Shown here piece after piece: positions 9,936 to 18,857 of a DNA stretch of 64,000 nt. The stretch is from NCBI GenBank assembly GCA_023554445.1, contig JAMJQQ010000026.1:5549-69548 (forward strand). Reading direction: 5' to 3'. The notes below the pieces were generated by a model. It made no database searches. It was not told the origin of the DNA and saw nothing but the letters and a program-made list of their open reading frames with translations. The position numbers and the translations under genes were made by a program. The stretch's first letter is position 1. Each line of letters opens with the position of its first letter. The DNA is from Candidatus Carthagonibacter metallireducens. Lineage in GTDB: Bacteria > Gemmatimonadota > Gemmatimonadetes > Palauibacterales > Palauibacteraceae.

Positions 9936-11233
9936 ACGACAGAGAGACCGGGGTCCTTCATGGCGTTGCGGGGATCCACGATGATCCGCGCATGTCGGCC
10001 GATCGTCCCGTAGTCTATCTCCGAGTGATCCGTCGCGATCACGACCGCGTCGGCTCCTTCGAGTCTCTCGATGGTCAGAGCAACCGAACCGATCGCTTCC
10101 CCGTCCACGTCCAGTGTCTCGACCAACGGATCGTGGAAATCGACCAGCGCACCCCTCTGGCGCAGGATCTTGATGATGTCGATCGCCGGGCTCTCCCGGA
10201 CGTCATCGACATCCGGCTTGTACGAAACGCCGAGCACGAGAACGCGGCTCCCGTTCAGCGGCTTTTGAGCATCGTTCAGAGCTTCCGCGGTCCGCTCGAC
10301 CACCCAGCGGGGCATGTCCCCGTTCACCTCGGCCGCCAGCTCGATGAACCGGGTACGGTACTGGAGCGTACGCATCTTCCACGCGAGAAAGATCGGATCG
10401 ACGGGGATGCAATGACCGCCGAGCCCGGGACCCGGGAAAAAGCGCATGAATCCGTAGGGCTTGGTCGAGGCAGCGTCGATCACCTCCCAGATGTCGATTC
10501 CGAGCCGATCGGCCACGACCGCCATCTCGTTCACCAGGCCGATATTGACCGCCCGAAAAGTGTTCTCCAGCAACTTCGCCATCTCCGCCGCTTCGGGAGA
10601 CGACACCTCGACGACCTCGTCGATCACTTGCCTGTAGAGTGCCACGGTCAGCGCATGACAGGTCGGAGTCAGGCCCCCCACGACCTTTGGCGTGTTCTCG
10701 ATGTGCCACGTGGGGTTGGCCGGGTCGACGCGCTCGGGGCTGAACGCGAGGAAGAAGTCACGGCCGCAGACGAGGCCTGTCTCTTCGAGCATCGGCTGGA
10801 CGATCTCACGCGTCGTTCCCGGATACGTGGTGGACTCGAGTACGATCAACTGACCCGACCGCAGAGTCGAGCGCACGGCCTCCGTTGCGGCGACCACGAA
10901 TGAGAGGTCCGGGTCGTCGGTTTTCGACAGCGGAGTCGGAACGCAGATCACGACGGCATCGGCTTCCTCGAGCCGTCCGAAGTCTAGCGTAGCCTCGAGG
11001 GGGCGACCCTCGCCCACGACTGCTGCCAGTCTCTCCGAGGTGATGTCCGTGATGTGTGAGCGGCCCTCGTTCAACCCGTCCACGACCTGCGGCTTCACGT
11101 CGAAGCCGACGGTCCTGAATCCCGCCTCGGCAAAGGCGACAGCCAGCGGGAGCCCGACGTAGCCAAGACCAATGATTCCCACCACAGCGTCGTGGGATTC
11201 AATCCGGGCGAGAAGATCGGCGTCTCTTGCCAT
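9881..11233 (-). CDS. Nucleotide-sugar dehydrogenase (UDP-N-acetyl-hexosamine 6-dehydrogenase family; WecC/WbpA/Cap5O-like)
   Basis: Rossmann motif GIIGLGYVGLPLAVAFA. Catalytic Cys in GPGLGGHCIPVDP. ATG start. Confidence 0.85.
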   Translation of the reverse strand: MARDADLLARIESHDAVVGIIGLGYVGLPLAVAFAEAGFRTVGFDVKPQVVDGLNEGRSHITDITSERLAAVVGEGRPLEATLDFGRLEEADAVVICVPTPLSKTDDPDLSFVVAATEAVRSTLRSGQLIVLESTTYPGTTREIVQPMLEETGLVCGRDFFLAFSPERVDPANPTWHIENTPKVVGGLTPTCHALTVALYRQVIDEVVEVSSPEAAEMAKLLENTFRAVNIGLVNEMAVVADRLGIDIWEVIDAASTKPYGFMRFFPGPGLGGHCIPVDPIFLAWKMRTLQYRTRFIELAAEVNGDMPRWVVERTAEALNDAQKPLNGSRVLVLGVSYKPDVDDVRESPAIDIIKILRQRGALVDFHDPLVETLDVDGEAIGSVALTIERLEGADAVVIATDHSEIDYGTIGRHARIIVDPRNAMKDPGLSVVYPIAGPPRRAETVSQPA

Positions 11234-11277
11234 GTGCCTGTCTTGTATCTGAAACGTGAATCAGCTCGTGCCGGCAG

Positions 11278-11925
11278 CTACTCGGCTGCTCCCAGCACGC
11301 GGTCCGCGAATCCGTTGCCCGGGTCCTGGCCGCGCGAAATCCTCGCGCTGACTACGGCAGGACCCCGGTTGTACGCAAGAAGAGCGAGTCTCGCATCCGC
11401 CCCGTACCGATCCAACATCTGCTTCAGGTAACGGAATCCGAGTCGCAGGTTGGTGTCTCGATCATACAGCTGGCTCTCGGTGAGACCCGGTTCGAGCCAC
11501 ATCGCGGTGCTCGGCAGCAGCTGGGTGTATCCGATCGCTCCGAGCGGACTCACGGCCCGCTGCCGGAAGCCCGACTCGTGCCGGACGAGCCTGAATCCGA
11601 GTTCCGGTTCCAGACCTTCCGCGACCGCTGCCCTCTGTATGGCCGAAGCCAGATCCGCCGGGATCCCGTAAGCCTCCGACCAGGCGAGGATCGATTCGGT
11701 ACGCGTGAGCTCGTGCTGCACCGCGGCCAGCTCGCTCTCGAGCACGAGGGCCCGCTGTTCCGACCGCTCCCGCTCCATGTCGATTGCCTCGAGCGTAGCT
11801 GTCATAGAGGCCGTCCAAGATACCGCGACGGCGAACGCCATGGGGGCAATGAGGCAGATCGCGACCAGTCCACCGGACGACACTCGCCCGATCGCCGGTC
11901 TGTGCTTCCCGATCGTCTCGTTCAT
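11278..11925 (-). CDS. Lytic transglycosylase (SLT domain) with N-terminal TM anchor and a coiled segment
   Basis: RHESGFRQRAVSPLGAIGYTQLLPSTA and LLAYNRGP are SLT signatures. Confidence 0.8.
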   Translation of the reverse strand: MNETIGKHRPAIGRVSSGGLVAICLIAPMAFAVAVSWTASMTATLEAIDMERERSEQRALVLESELAAVQHELTRTESILAWSEAYGIPADLASAIQRAAVAEGLEPELGFRLVRHESGFRQRAVSPLGAIGYTQLLPSTAMWLEPGLTESQLYDRDTNLRLGFRYLKQMLDRYGADARLALLAYNRGPAVVSARISRGQDPGNGFADRVLGAAE

Positions 11926-11991
11926 GGTCCAACACCTCGTTCGGACTTCGAGAACGTGCAGGGCTCCAACGCGCTCGGCAGGGTCCGCTCC

Positions 11992-12474
11992 TCACCGACG
12001 CCAGGATCCGCTTCGGCCGCCGTCCTTCTCCAGCAGCCGGATCGCGTCGAGCTCCATCGCCCGATCGCGGCCCTTGCACATGTCGTACACCGCCAGCAAC
12101 CCTGCGCTGACCGCGCAGAGAGCTTCCATCTCGATCCCGGTCCGTGCCTCGGTCCGGGCCTCCACCCGGATCCGAATGGCGGGAGGATCTTCCTCGGCCG
12201 CTATGTCCACGGTCACGCCGTGAATCGGTAGCGGGTGACAAAGCGGAATCAGGTCAGCCGTCCGCTTCGCCCCTCCAATCGCGGCAATCCGGGCGACCGC
12301 CAGCACGTCGCCCTTCGGAACGTCGCGATCCCGAATCGCGCGAAGCGTCTCCGCGCTCATCCGGATCCTGCCCTCGGCCACGGCCCGTCTCGAGGTCGCG
12401 GCCTTGTCGCCGACGTCGACCATCCGGGCCCGGCCGGCCTCGTCCAGGTGCGAAAAGCGATCGATCTCGTTCAC
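11992..12474 (-). CDS. moaC: Cyclic pyranopterin monophosphate synthase accessory protein
   Basis: MVDVGDKAATSRRAVAEG, GDVLAVARIAAIGGAKRTADLIPLCHPL and EALCAVSAGLLAVYDMCK match MoaC end to end. GTGA overlap with holB. Confidence 0.9.
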   Translation of the reverse strand: MNEIDRFSHLDEAGRARMVDVGDKAATSRRAVAEGRIRMSAETLRAIRDRDVPKGDVLAVARIAAIGGAKRTADLIPLCHPLPIHGVTVDIAAEEDPPAIRIRVEARTEARTGIEMEALCAVSAGLLAVYDMCKGRDRAMELDAIRLLEKDGGRSGSWRR

Positions 12475-13628
12475 GAGGCGCCAGTTACCCCTCGGCCCGC
12501 GGACCCGTTCCGATCGGCCGTCCCGGCAGGGCGCAACTCCCGAGCCAGACCCGAGAGCAGGACCGCCGTGATCGCCTGCGGGTTTCCGTTACCGAGCGCC
12601 GCATCTCTCGCCCGGTCTACGTGAGATAGCGCGGAAATCCAGCGTTCCGGGAGAATCTGTCCGACTCCCGGGATCTCCGATGCCAACCCGTCGTCGGCCG
12701 CGAATCCAGGTTCGTCGGCCGCGAGGGTGATGCAGTCACGCAACACCGATTCGAGCGAATCGAGAAGATCGGCATACCCGCCGCGTCCTCCGGAAGGTGC
12801 GAGCCCGGCAGCGACCGACCACCGTTCGCCTCGGCTCGGAGACAGGGCGGCGCAGACCATTCTTACGGCCGGCGCACGCAGATCCTCCTCCGGATCGGCG
12901 AGTCTCAGGGCTCGACCGATCCGGCCTTCGGCCCTGCGCGACAGTTCCGCAGCACGGCCGGGCTCGATGTCCGCCTCTGCTTCGAGAAAGCGTTCGACCT
13001 CTTCAGGCTCGACCGGCGGCACTCGCACGGCCAGAACTCGCGAACGAATCGTGGGGAGCAGCAGCCTGGGCCGGCTCGAAGTCAGGACGAATACGGAGTC
13101 GCTCGGGGGTTCCTCGAGCAACTTCAGAAAAGCGTTCGCCGCTTCCGTGCTCGATGCCTGCGGAACCATGCGCTCCGCATCACCGACGAGGAACACGGCC
13201 CCGCGGCCCATGGCCGGCCGGCGCGAGGCACGCTCCCGGATCTCATCGATGATCTGCAGATAGATGGCTGCCGATCCGGTCTCCTCGGGCTCGAGGAGCG
13301 GATTCTCACGCCGAGCCGCCAGCGCTGCGCCCCGCGCCTCTTCCAGCAGTTCACGTCGCTTCTCCGGACCGGACGCGCGCTTCGGCGCCGGAAGCGGAAA
13401 GAACCAGTGGATGTCGGGGTGCTGAAGCTCGTCCGCGAGCCGGCACGAGCGGCAGGCGCCGCAGGGGCGATCACGCTCTTCCGCCTCGCACAACAGCATC
13501 GCGCCGATCCACTGCCCCAGTCTCTGCTTCCCACTGCCGCGTGGGCCCGTGAGCAGGATCGATTGGGGCAACCGCCGCGCCGTCGCGCTTTCGGCGAGAC
13601 GGCGGCGCAGGTCTTCCATACCGTACAT
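12471..13628 (-). CDS. holB: DNA polymerase III delta' subunit
   Basis: Walker A LLTGPRGSGK, zinc module CGACRSCR, FLKLLEEPP box. Start is ATG 13628 or GTG 13661. Confidence 0.8.
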   Translation of the reverse strand: MYGMEDLRRRLAESATARRLPQSILLTGPRGSGKQRLGQWIGAMLLCEAEERDRPCGACRSCRLADELQHPDIHWFFPLPAPKRASGPEKRRELLEEARGAALAARRENPLLEPEETGSAAIYLQIIDEIRERASRRPAMGRGAVFLVGDAERMVPQASSTEAANAFLKLLEEPPSDSVFVLTSSRPRLLLPTIRSRVLAVRVPPVEPEEVERFLEAEADIEPGRAAELSRRAEGRIGRALRLADPEEDLRAPAVRMVCAALSPSRGERWSVAAGLAPSGGRGGYADLLDSLESVLRDCITLAADEPGFAADDGLASEIPGVGQILPERWISALSHVDRARDAALGNGNPQAITAVLLSGLARELRPAGTADRNGSAGRGVTGAS

Positions 13629-13639
13629 GGCCGGCAGGC

Positions 13640-14866
13640 TCACGACCGCCCTCGCAGCCACCTGACCGGATCGACCTGCCGCGGGTCGCCGCGGGAATCC
13701 GGCTCGTAGATCTGAAACTCGATGTGCGTTCCCTCGGGAGACTCCTCGTCGCCACCCACGTGGCCGATCACCGTCCCCGAGGATACGCGATCTCCTACGC
13801 CCACCCTGACATCCTGGAGATAGAGGTACCCGGACCAGTAGCCGCCCCCGTGGTCGATGATGACGGTCTGGCCCAGCAGGCCCCTCGATCCGGCCCAGGC
13901 GATTTCACCCGACTCGACGGCTCGCACCGGCGTTCCACGAGGAGCACCGATCCCGAGGCCCTTCCAGCTGTCGGCCACATCGGGCCGGCTCTGGCCGAAC
14001 CGGTAGATCACCGTGCCGTCGACGGGCCAGTTGAGTTGCCCGAGGTCCGACGTGCGCAACGACGAGCTGCGCGTGGTCCCGGCCAATCGCTCGGCCTCTC
14101 GCCTGGCGCGATCGAGCTCGGCCAACAGGTCACCGAGCCGCTGCTCCTCGGTCTCCAGGGCCGACAGCCGTGTCTCAGTCTGGGAGACGCGGGCCTGAAC
14201 GTTGGTCAGGCGGCGCTGGCGCTGTCGTTCCAGGCGCTCCAGGTCTCCGATCTCACGCTCCTTCTCCATGCGGAGCGCACTGAGTCTCGCATACTCGCTC
14301 GCAAGCTGCTCGCGCTGCTCGGAGAGCTTCTCCTCGAGCTCCCGTACCTGCCCCACCAGCAAGCGATCATACCGGGCCACGAGGTGAAGATACTTGTAGC
14401 GGCTCAACAGGTCTCCGAAGGAACGGGCCTCGAGGAGTACCTGAAACGCGTGCAGCTGTCCGCGCTGGTAGATCTCGCGGAGTCGTTCGCGAAGCTCCGT
14501 CCGCCGAAGTTCGAGCTCGTCGCGGGTGAGGAGCATCTCGCGCGTCGTGAGATCGACCTGCTCTCCGTAGGCGGCGATCTGAACATCCAGTTCACTCAGC
14601 AGACTGGAGGTCGAGCCGATCCTCGCCTCGATGTTTCGGATTTCCTGAGAGACATTGTGGACCTGCCCCCGCAACTGGCTTGCCTCGTTGGTCAGCTGCT
14701 GTCGTTCTCGCCGGATCTGCTCGAGCCGCTGCTGGCTCTCCCGGATTCTGTCGCGGATCTCCTCCTGCCCGAGCGCAGGACGAACTGCCGACACCAGCAG
14801 GGATGCGAACAGGAGCAGGACCGCGAGTCCGTATGATCCGTCGATTGACCGGTGCGACAGCACCAT
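13640..14866 (-). CDS. envC: Murein hydrolase activator EnvC-like (coiled coil + degenerate LytM/M23 domain)
   Basis: N-terminal anchor, then about 250 aa of Q/E/R/L-rich coiled coil. The C-terminus SWKGLGIGAPRGTPVRAVESG...IIDHGGGYWSGYLYL...THIEFQIY aligns with E. coli EnvC. The start lies 2 nt after the ftsX stop; the listed ORF extension to 15271 overlaps ftsX. Confidence 0.85.
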   Translation of the reverse strand: MVLSHRSIDGSYGLAVLLLFASLLVSAVRPALGQEEIRDRIRESQQRLEQIRRERQQLTNEASQLRGQVHNVSQEIRNIEARIGSTSSLLSELDVQIAAYGEQVDLTTREMLLTRDELELRRTELRERLREIYQRGQLHAFQVLLEARSFGDLLSRYKYLHLVARYDRLLVGQVRELEEKLSEQREQLASEYARLSALRMEKEREIGDLERLERQRQRRLTNVQARVSQTETRLSALETEEQRLGDLLAELDRARREAERLAGTTRSSSLRTSDLGQLNWPVDGTVIYRFGQSRPDVADSWKGLGIGAPRGTPVRAVESGEIAWAGSRGLLGQTVIIDHGGGYWSGYLYLQDVRVGVGDRVSSGTVIGHVGGDEESPEGTHIEFQIYEPDSRGDPRQVDPVRWLRGRS

Positions 14867-14868
14867 CG

Positions 14869-15732
14869 TCAGAGAGCCTCGATCCTGCTGATCTCTTTCC
14901 GCACACCCCTGCCGGCGGCCAGCACGCCGAGCGCGGCGGCCAGGACGATGCCCAGCGCCACCCAGAGGTCCGGAAGCCACTGCAGCTCGAGAAGCGATCG
15001 ATTGACGGTCCACCAGGCCAGCCACGTCAGACCGAGAGCGAGAATCCCGCCTGCAATGCCCGTGAGCAGCCCTTCGACCAGGAACGGACGTCGGATGAAG
15101 GAGTCGGTGGCGCCGACGGTCTGCATGATCGAAATTTCGCGGCTTCGTGCGAGCACCGCCATCCTGACCGCGGTACCGATCAACAGGATGGAGCCCAGCG
15201 CGAACGCGCTTCCCAGGGCCAGCGCAGCGCCGCCCGCGATCCGTCGCAAGGCGTAAACCTTGTCCACCCATTCCCTTCCGTAGCGCACCTCCTCAACGAA
15301 CTCGTAGCCGCGCAGCCTTTCGGCCACCCGCTCCACATCTTCCGGCGTGCGGGATCCCTCGCGCAGGCGCAGTTCGAAGGAGGCCGGCAGCGGATTGACT
15401 TCGAGATCGGAAAAGACGTCCGAGAATTCCGTGAGTTCACGGGATGCGTCGTACAGGGCCTCTACCTTGGAGACGAACCGGACCTCCTCGATCTCCGGGA
15501 ATCCGCCGATCTCGGAACGGGCGACCGACACGATCGCTTCGGGCGTTCCCTCTTCGAGATAGGCGACCACCTCGACCCGTGACTCGACATCCGTGAGGGC
15601 CTCGTCGATGTTGTGCGCCGTCAGGGCGAAGAGACCGATGATGAACAGGCTCAGGCCGATCGCCGCAATCGAGAGCCCGCTGAGCAATGGGGCTCTTCGC
15701 ATCCCTCGCGTAGCTTCGCGCAGACTCCTCAC
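14869..15732 (-). CDS. ftsX: Cell division ABC transporter permease FtsX
   Basis: Four-TM FtsX topology with a large periplasmic loop. Position is between ftsE and envC. GTGA overlap with ftsE. Confidence 0.9.
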   Translation of the reverse strand: MRSLREATRGMRRAPLLSGLSIAAIGLSLFIIGLFALTAHNIDEALTDVESRVEVVAYLEEGTPEAIVSVARSEIGGFPEIEEVRFVSKVEALYDASRELTEFSDVFSDLEVNPLPASFELRLREGSRTPEDVERVAERLRGYEFVEEVRYGREWVDKVYALRRIAGGAALALGSAFALGSILLIGTAVRMAVLARSREISIMQTVGATDSFIRRPFLVEGLLTGIAGGILALGLTWLAWWTVNRSLLELQWLPDLWVALGIVLAAALGVLAAGRGVRKEISRIEAL

Positions 15733-16424
15733 GTCGACCTCCCGGGGCCGGTTCCGGCAGAAACGGAATCGTACACCACAGCCCCGTCTTCCAGCTCGAG
15801 CACACGAATTCCGGGATTTCGGCGGATCAGCTCTGCATCGTGAGTAGCCATGACCACCGTGGTGCCTGCCGCATTGATCCGGCGGAACAGTTCGAACACA
15901 CCCGTGGTGGCCCGTTCGTCCAGGTTTCCGGTCGGTTCGTCGGCGAGCAACACCACGGGCTCGGTGGATAGGGCCCGCGCGATCACCACCCGTTGCTGTT
16001 CACCACCGGACAACTCGCGAGGATAGGATCGCGCCCTGGGTGCGAGCCCGACCTGGCCGAGCAGGCGCTGAACCCGGGCTTCGATCCGGCTCCTGGGCGT
16101 CCCGGTGCATTCGAGTGCGAATGCGACGTTCTCCGCGGCCGTGAGGCCCTCGAGCAGCTGAAAGTCCTGAAAGACGTAGCCTACTCGACGTCGGAGCTCG
16201 GGAATCTCGCGGCGCCGGATCTTCCTCGAACTGTACTTGGAAACCCGGACTTCGCCCTCGGTTGGCAGACCCTGCATGTGAATCAGTTTCAAAATGGAGG
16301 TCTTACCGGCGCCGGAGGGGCCGGTGAGGAAGACGAATTCTCCCTTGCGAACGTGGAAAGAGACGTCGTCCAGGGCCGGAGCGCTGCGTGCGTACCGTTT
16401 GGTCACCGAACGGAACTGGATCAT
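15729..16424 (-). CDS. ftsE: Cell division ATP-binding protein FtsE
   Basis: Walker A GPSGAGKTS, ABC signature LSGGEQQRV, Walker B LLADEPTGNLD. Confidence 0.92.
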   Translation of the reverse strand: MIQFRSVTKRYARSAPALDDVSFHVRKGEFVFLTGPSGAGKTSILKLIHMQGLPTEGEVRVSKYSSRKIRRREIPELRRRVGYVFQDFQLLEGLTAAENVAFALECTGTPRSRIEARVQRLLGQVGLAPRARSYPRELSGGEQQRVVIARALSTEPVVLLADEPTGNLDERATTGVFELFRRINAAGTTVVMATHDAELIRRNPGIRVLELEDGAVVYDSVSAGTGPGRST

Positions 16425-17443
16425 GCGCTTTCCGCCTCGGAATCGATCCGCTGGCAGAAATCTGTGCAGGTATCGATTGCAGCGGCCATCGAGCTGGGAT
16501 CAGCCTGTCCGCGGCCCGCGATGTCGAAGGCCGTGCCATGATCGGGCGATGTGCGGGGGAACGGCAGTCCTGTCGTCACGTTGACACCCGAATCGGGTGC
16601 GATGGTCTTGAGAACCGCGAGGCCTACGTCGTGATAAGGCACGATCACGAGATCGGCTTCGCCCGCGATGCAGCGACGGAACACGGTGTCCGCAGGAAAC
16701 GGTCCCGACACATCGACGGACTCTTGCCGTGCAATGCGCTCCATGGCAGGCATGATCACCCGCTCCTCCTCGTCACCGAACAGGCCACCCTCGGAAGCGT
16801 GGGGATTGAGTCCGGCGAAGGCAAGCCGCGGGCGGGCAATGCCCCACCAGTCGCGAAGACCTCTCGCCGCGATCGTCGCGCGCTGCACGATCCGCGGCAC
16901 CGTAAGGAGCACAGGTACCTGACGGAGAGGAACGTGTACGGTTACCAGCGCGACTCGCAGGGGCCCTCCCAGAGGCGTCTTCTCGGCCGCCATGACCATG
17001 GCCACCTCCTCGACACCCGTCCGCTCGCGGAGAAACTCGGTGTGGCCCGGGAACGGATAGCCGGCCGCCCGGAGCGCTTCCTTCGAGATCGGAGCCGTCA
17101 CGAGTCCATCGATTCGTCCTTCGAGAGCCATCTCGATGCCGGCTTCGATCGCTCGCGCCGCCAGCTCACCGGCTTCATGATCACCGGGGTTCGCTTCCCG
17201 TGTTCGCGCGGAGCTCCCCGGGGCCTGATTCCGCCGGGCATCAATCTCCAGGAACTCGACAGGTGCACCCGCATCCGCCAACTCCTCGAATTCCAGGCGG
17301 AAACGCCGCGGGCCGATCACGAGAATCGCGGCGCGGTCCGGATGGGCACGTCCCCGCAGCGCTGCGAGAGTCACTTCGGGACCTATGCCACGAGGGTCTC
17401 CGAGCGTGATGCCGAGTACCGGGATCTCGGGGCGGGGGCTCAT
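16421..17443 (-). CDS. pdxA: 4-hydroxythreonine-4-phosphate dehydrogenase
   Basis: GITLGDPRGIGPEV, GHTEFL, GLNPHASEGG and TSPDHGTAFDIAG motifs. Start chosen at MSPRPEIP; the ORF is open to 17587. Confidence 0.9.
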   Translation of the reverse strand: MSPRPEIPVLGITLGDPRGIGPEVTLAALRGRAHPDRAAILVIGPRRFRLEFEELADAGAPVEFLEIDARRNQAPGSSARTREANPGDHEAGELAARAIEAGIEMALEGRIDGLVTAPISKEALRAAGYPFPGHTEFLRERTGVEEVAMVMAAEKTPLGGPLRVALVTVHVPLRQVPVLLTVPRIVQRATIAARGLRDWWGIARPRLAFAGLNPHASEGGLFGDEEERVIMPAMERIARQESVDVSGPFPADTVFRRCIAGEADLVIVPYHDVGLAVLKTIAPDSGVNVTTGLPFPRTSPDHGTAFDIAGRGQADPSSMAAAIDTCTDFCQRIDSEAESA

Positions 17444-17468
17444 GGTCGGAGCGTTCTGAATGGCCCGT

Positions 17469-18857
17469 TCAGATTCGCACGTCGACGTAGACCTCGTTTC
17501 GCAACTCATCCACGAACCTGCGATAGCCCTCGTCGAACGTGAGTCGCTCCCGGACCTGGTCACGGATTTCGTCGATCTCCCAGTCACCTTGTTGCTTGAA
17601 CTCCGTTACCCGGACTATGACGAACGCAGGTCGATCGGGAATCAGATTCGCGTGGTCGAAAGGCCCGATCACGTCGCCCGGAATCGGATCGGCCAGCGCG
17701 GCTCCGTACTCGGGTCCCAGTCGCTGTTCGAGCTCGTCGTATGGAATCTCGGGCACACGCACCGGGATCTCTTCGACTCCCTGTCGTTCCGCAAGCTCCG
17801 ACAGGGGGGTCCCGTCACGGATGCTGTCCGCCACGGCCATGGCTCTCTCACGCGCGATCTCTGTGTCGGCCGGTCCGAGCTCAGGTCGTATCAGGATGTG
17901 ACTGATCTTACGTTCACCACCCCGGACGTTCTCGACCTTGATGATGTGGTATCCGAACCGGGTGTAGACGGGTCCGATCGGCGTCCCGGTCCGTGCGGCC
18001 CACGCCGCCTGAGCGAATGCGGGGACCAGCTGGCTGCGACGGACCCAACCGAGGTCGCCTCCCTGTTCCCGGTTCGAGAGGTCGTCCGAATACCGACGCG
18101 CGACGACCGCGAAGTCTTCGCCCGACCGCAACTCGGCCACGGCGCGCTCGGCTTCCGCCAACGCGCTGTCCCGAGCTTCCTGGCTCGGCCTCGGCTCGAT
18201 CACCAGCTGTTCGAATCCGATGCTCGCCGGACGCGTCTGACCCGCGAGGTTTTCTTCGTACCAGCTCTGGATGTCTTCCTCGGAAACCACGACGGGCGGG
18301 AGGTTCTCCGAGTTCTGCCGCACGAACTGGTCGATCATGATCTGCGCCCGGACCTGGTTTCTCAGGAACTGTCGGTACTGGACCAGAGTCCGACCTGAGC
18401 TCTGGACCGCTTCCTGAAAGGCGGAGGCGCTGGGAAAGCCGTTTCGAATTTCGCGGAATCGTCGATCGGTTTCGCCATCCAGCATCTCGGGCGGCACCCG
18501 GATCTCGGCCTGTTTCGCCTTCTGCAGGAGAACCAGCTGATCGACGAGCTCTTCCACCGTCTGGTGGGCGACCGAGTCGAAGGCGGGCGTACCTGGTTCC
18601 GGTACGTTCGCGCCCTGCGCCCGCGCCTGAAGCAGGGACTCCAGAATCTCGGTGTACAGAATCACCGTGTCCCCGACCACGGCCGCGATCCGATCGACGA
18701 CTTCGACGGAGTCCGCTGGAATCTCCTGCCTGGAAACCGGATCGTCTTCCTGCGCGAGGAGGGGGGAGGGCAGTGCGACCAGCGTGCCCGCGAGGAGCAG
18801 GGCCAGCCCGCCACCGAGGACAGGCGCTCTGAGATCCCGGCTGAAGGAAACGGTCAT
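17469..18857 (-). CDS. surA: Periplasmic chaperone / peptidyl-prolyl isomerase SurA
   Basis: Signal peptide, SurA_N-like region, and a parvulin domain (GGDLGWVRRSQLVPAFAQAAW...GYHIIKVENVR). Lies upstream of pdxA, as in E. coli. Confidence 0.8.
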   Translation of the reverse strand: MTVSFSRDLRAPVLGGGLALLLAGTLVALPSPLLAQEDDPVSRQEIPADSVEVVDRIAAVVGDTVILYTEILESLLQARAQGANVPEPGTPAFDSVAHQTVEELVDQLVLLQKAKQAEIRVPPEMLDGETDRRFREIRNGFPSASAFQEAVQSSGRTLVQYRQFLRNQVRAQIMIDQFVRQNSENLPPVVVSEEDIQSWYEENLAGQTRPASIGFEQLVIEPRPSQEARDSALAEAERAVAELRSGEDFAVVARRYSDDLSNREQGGDLGWVRRSQLVPAFAQAAWAARTGTPIGPVYTRFGYHIIKVENVRGGERKISHILIRPELGPADTEIARERAMAVADSIRDGTPLSELAERQGVEEIPVRVPEIPYDELEQRLGPEYGAALADPIPGDVIGPFDHANLIPDRPAFVIVRVTEFKQQGDWEIDEIRDQVRERLTFDEGYRRFVDELRNEVYVDVRI

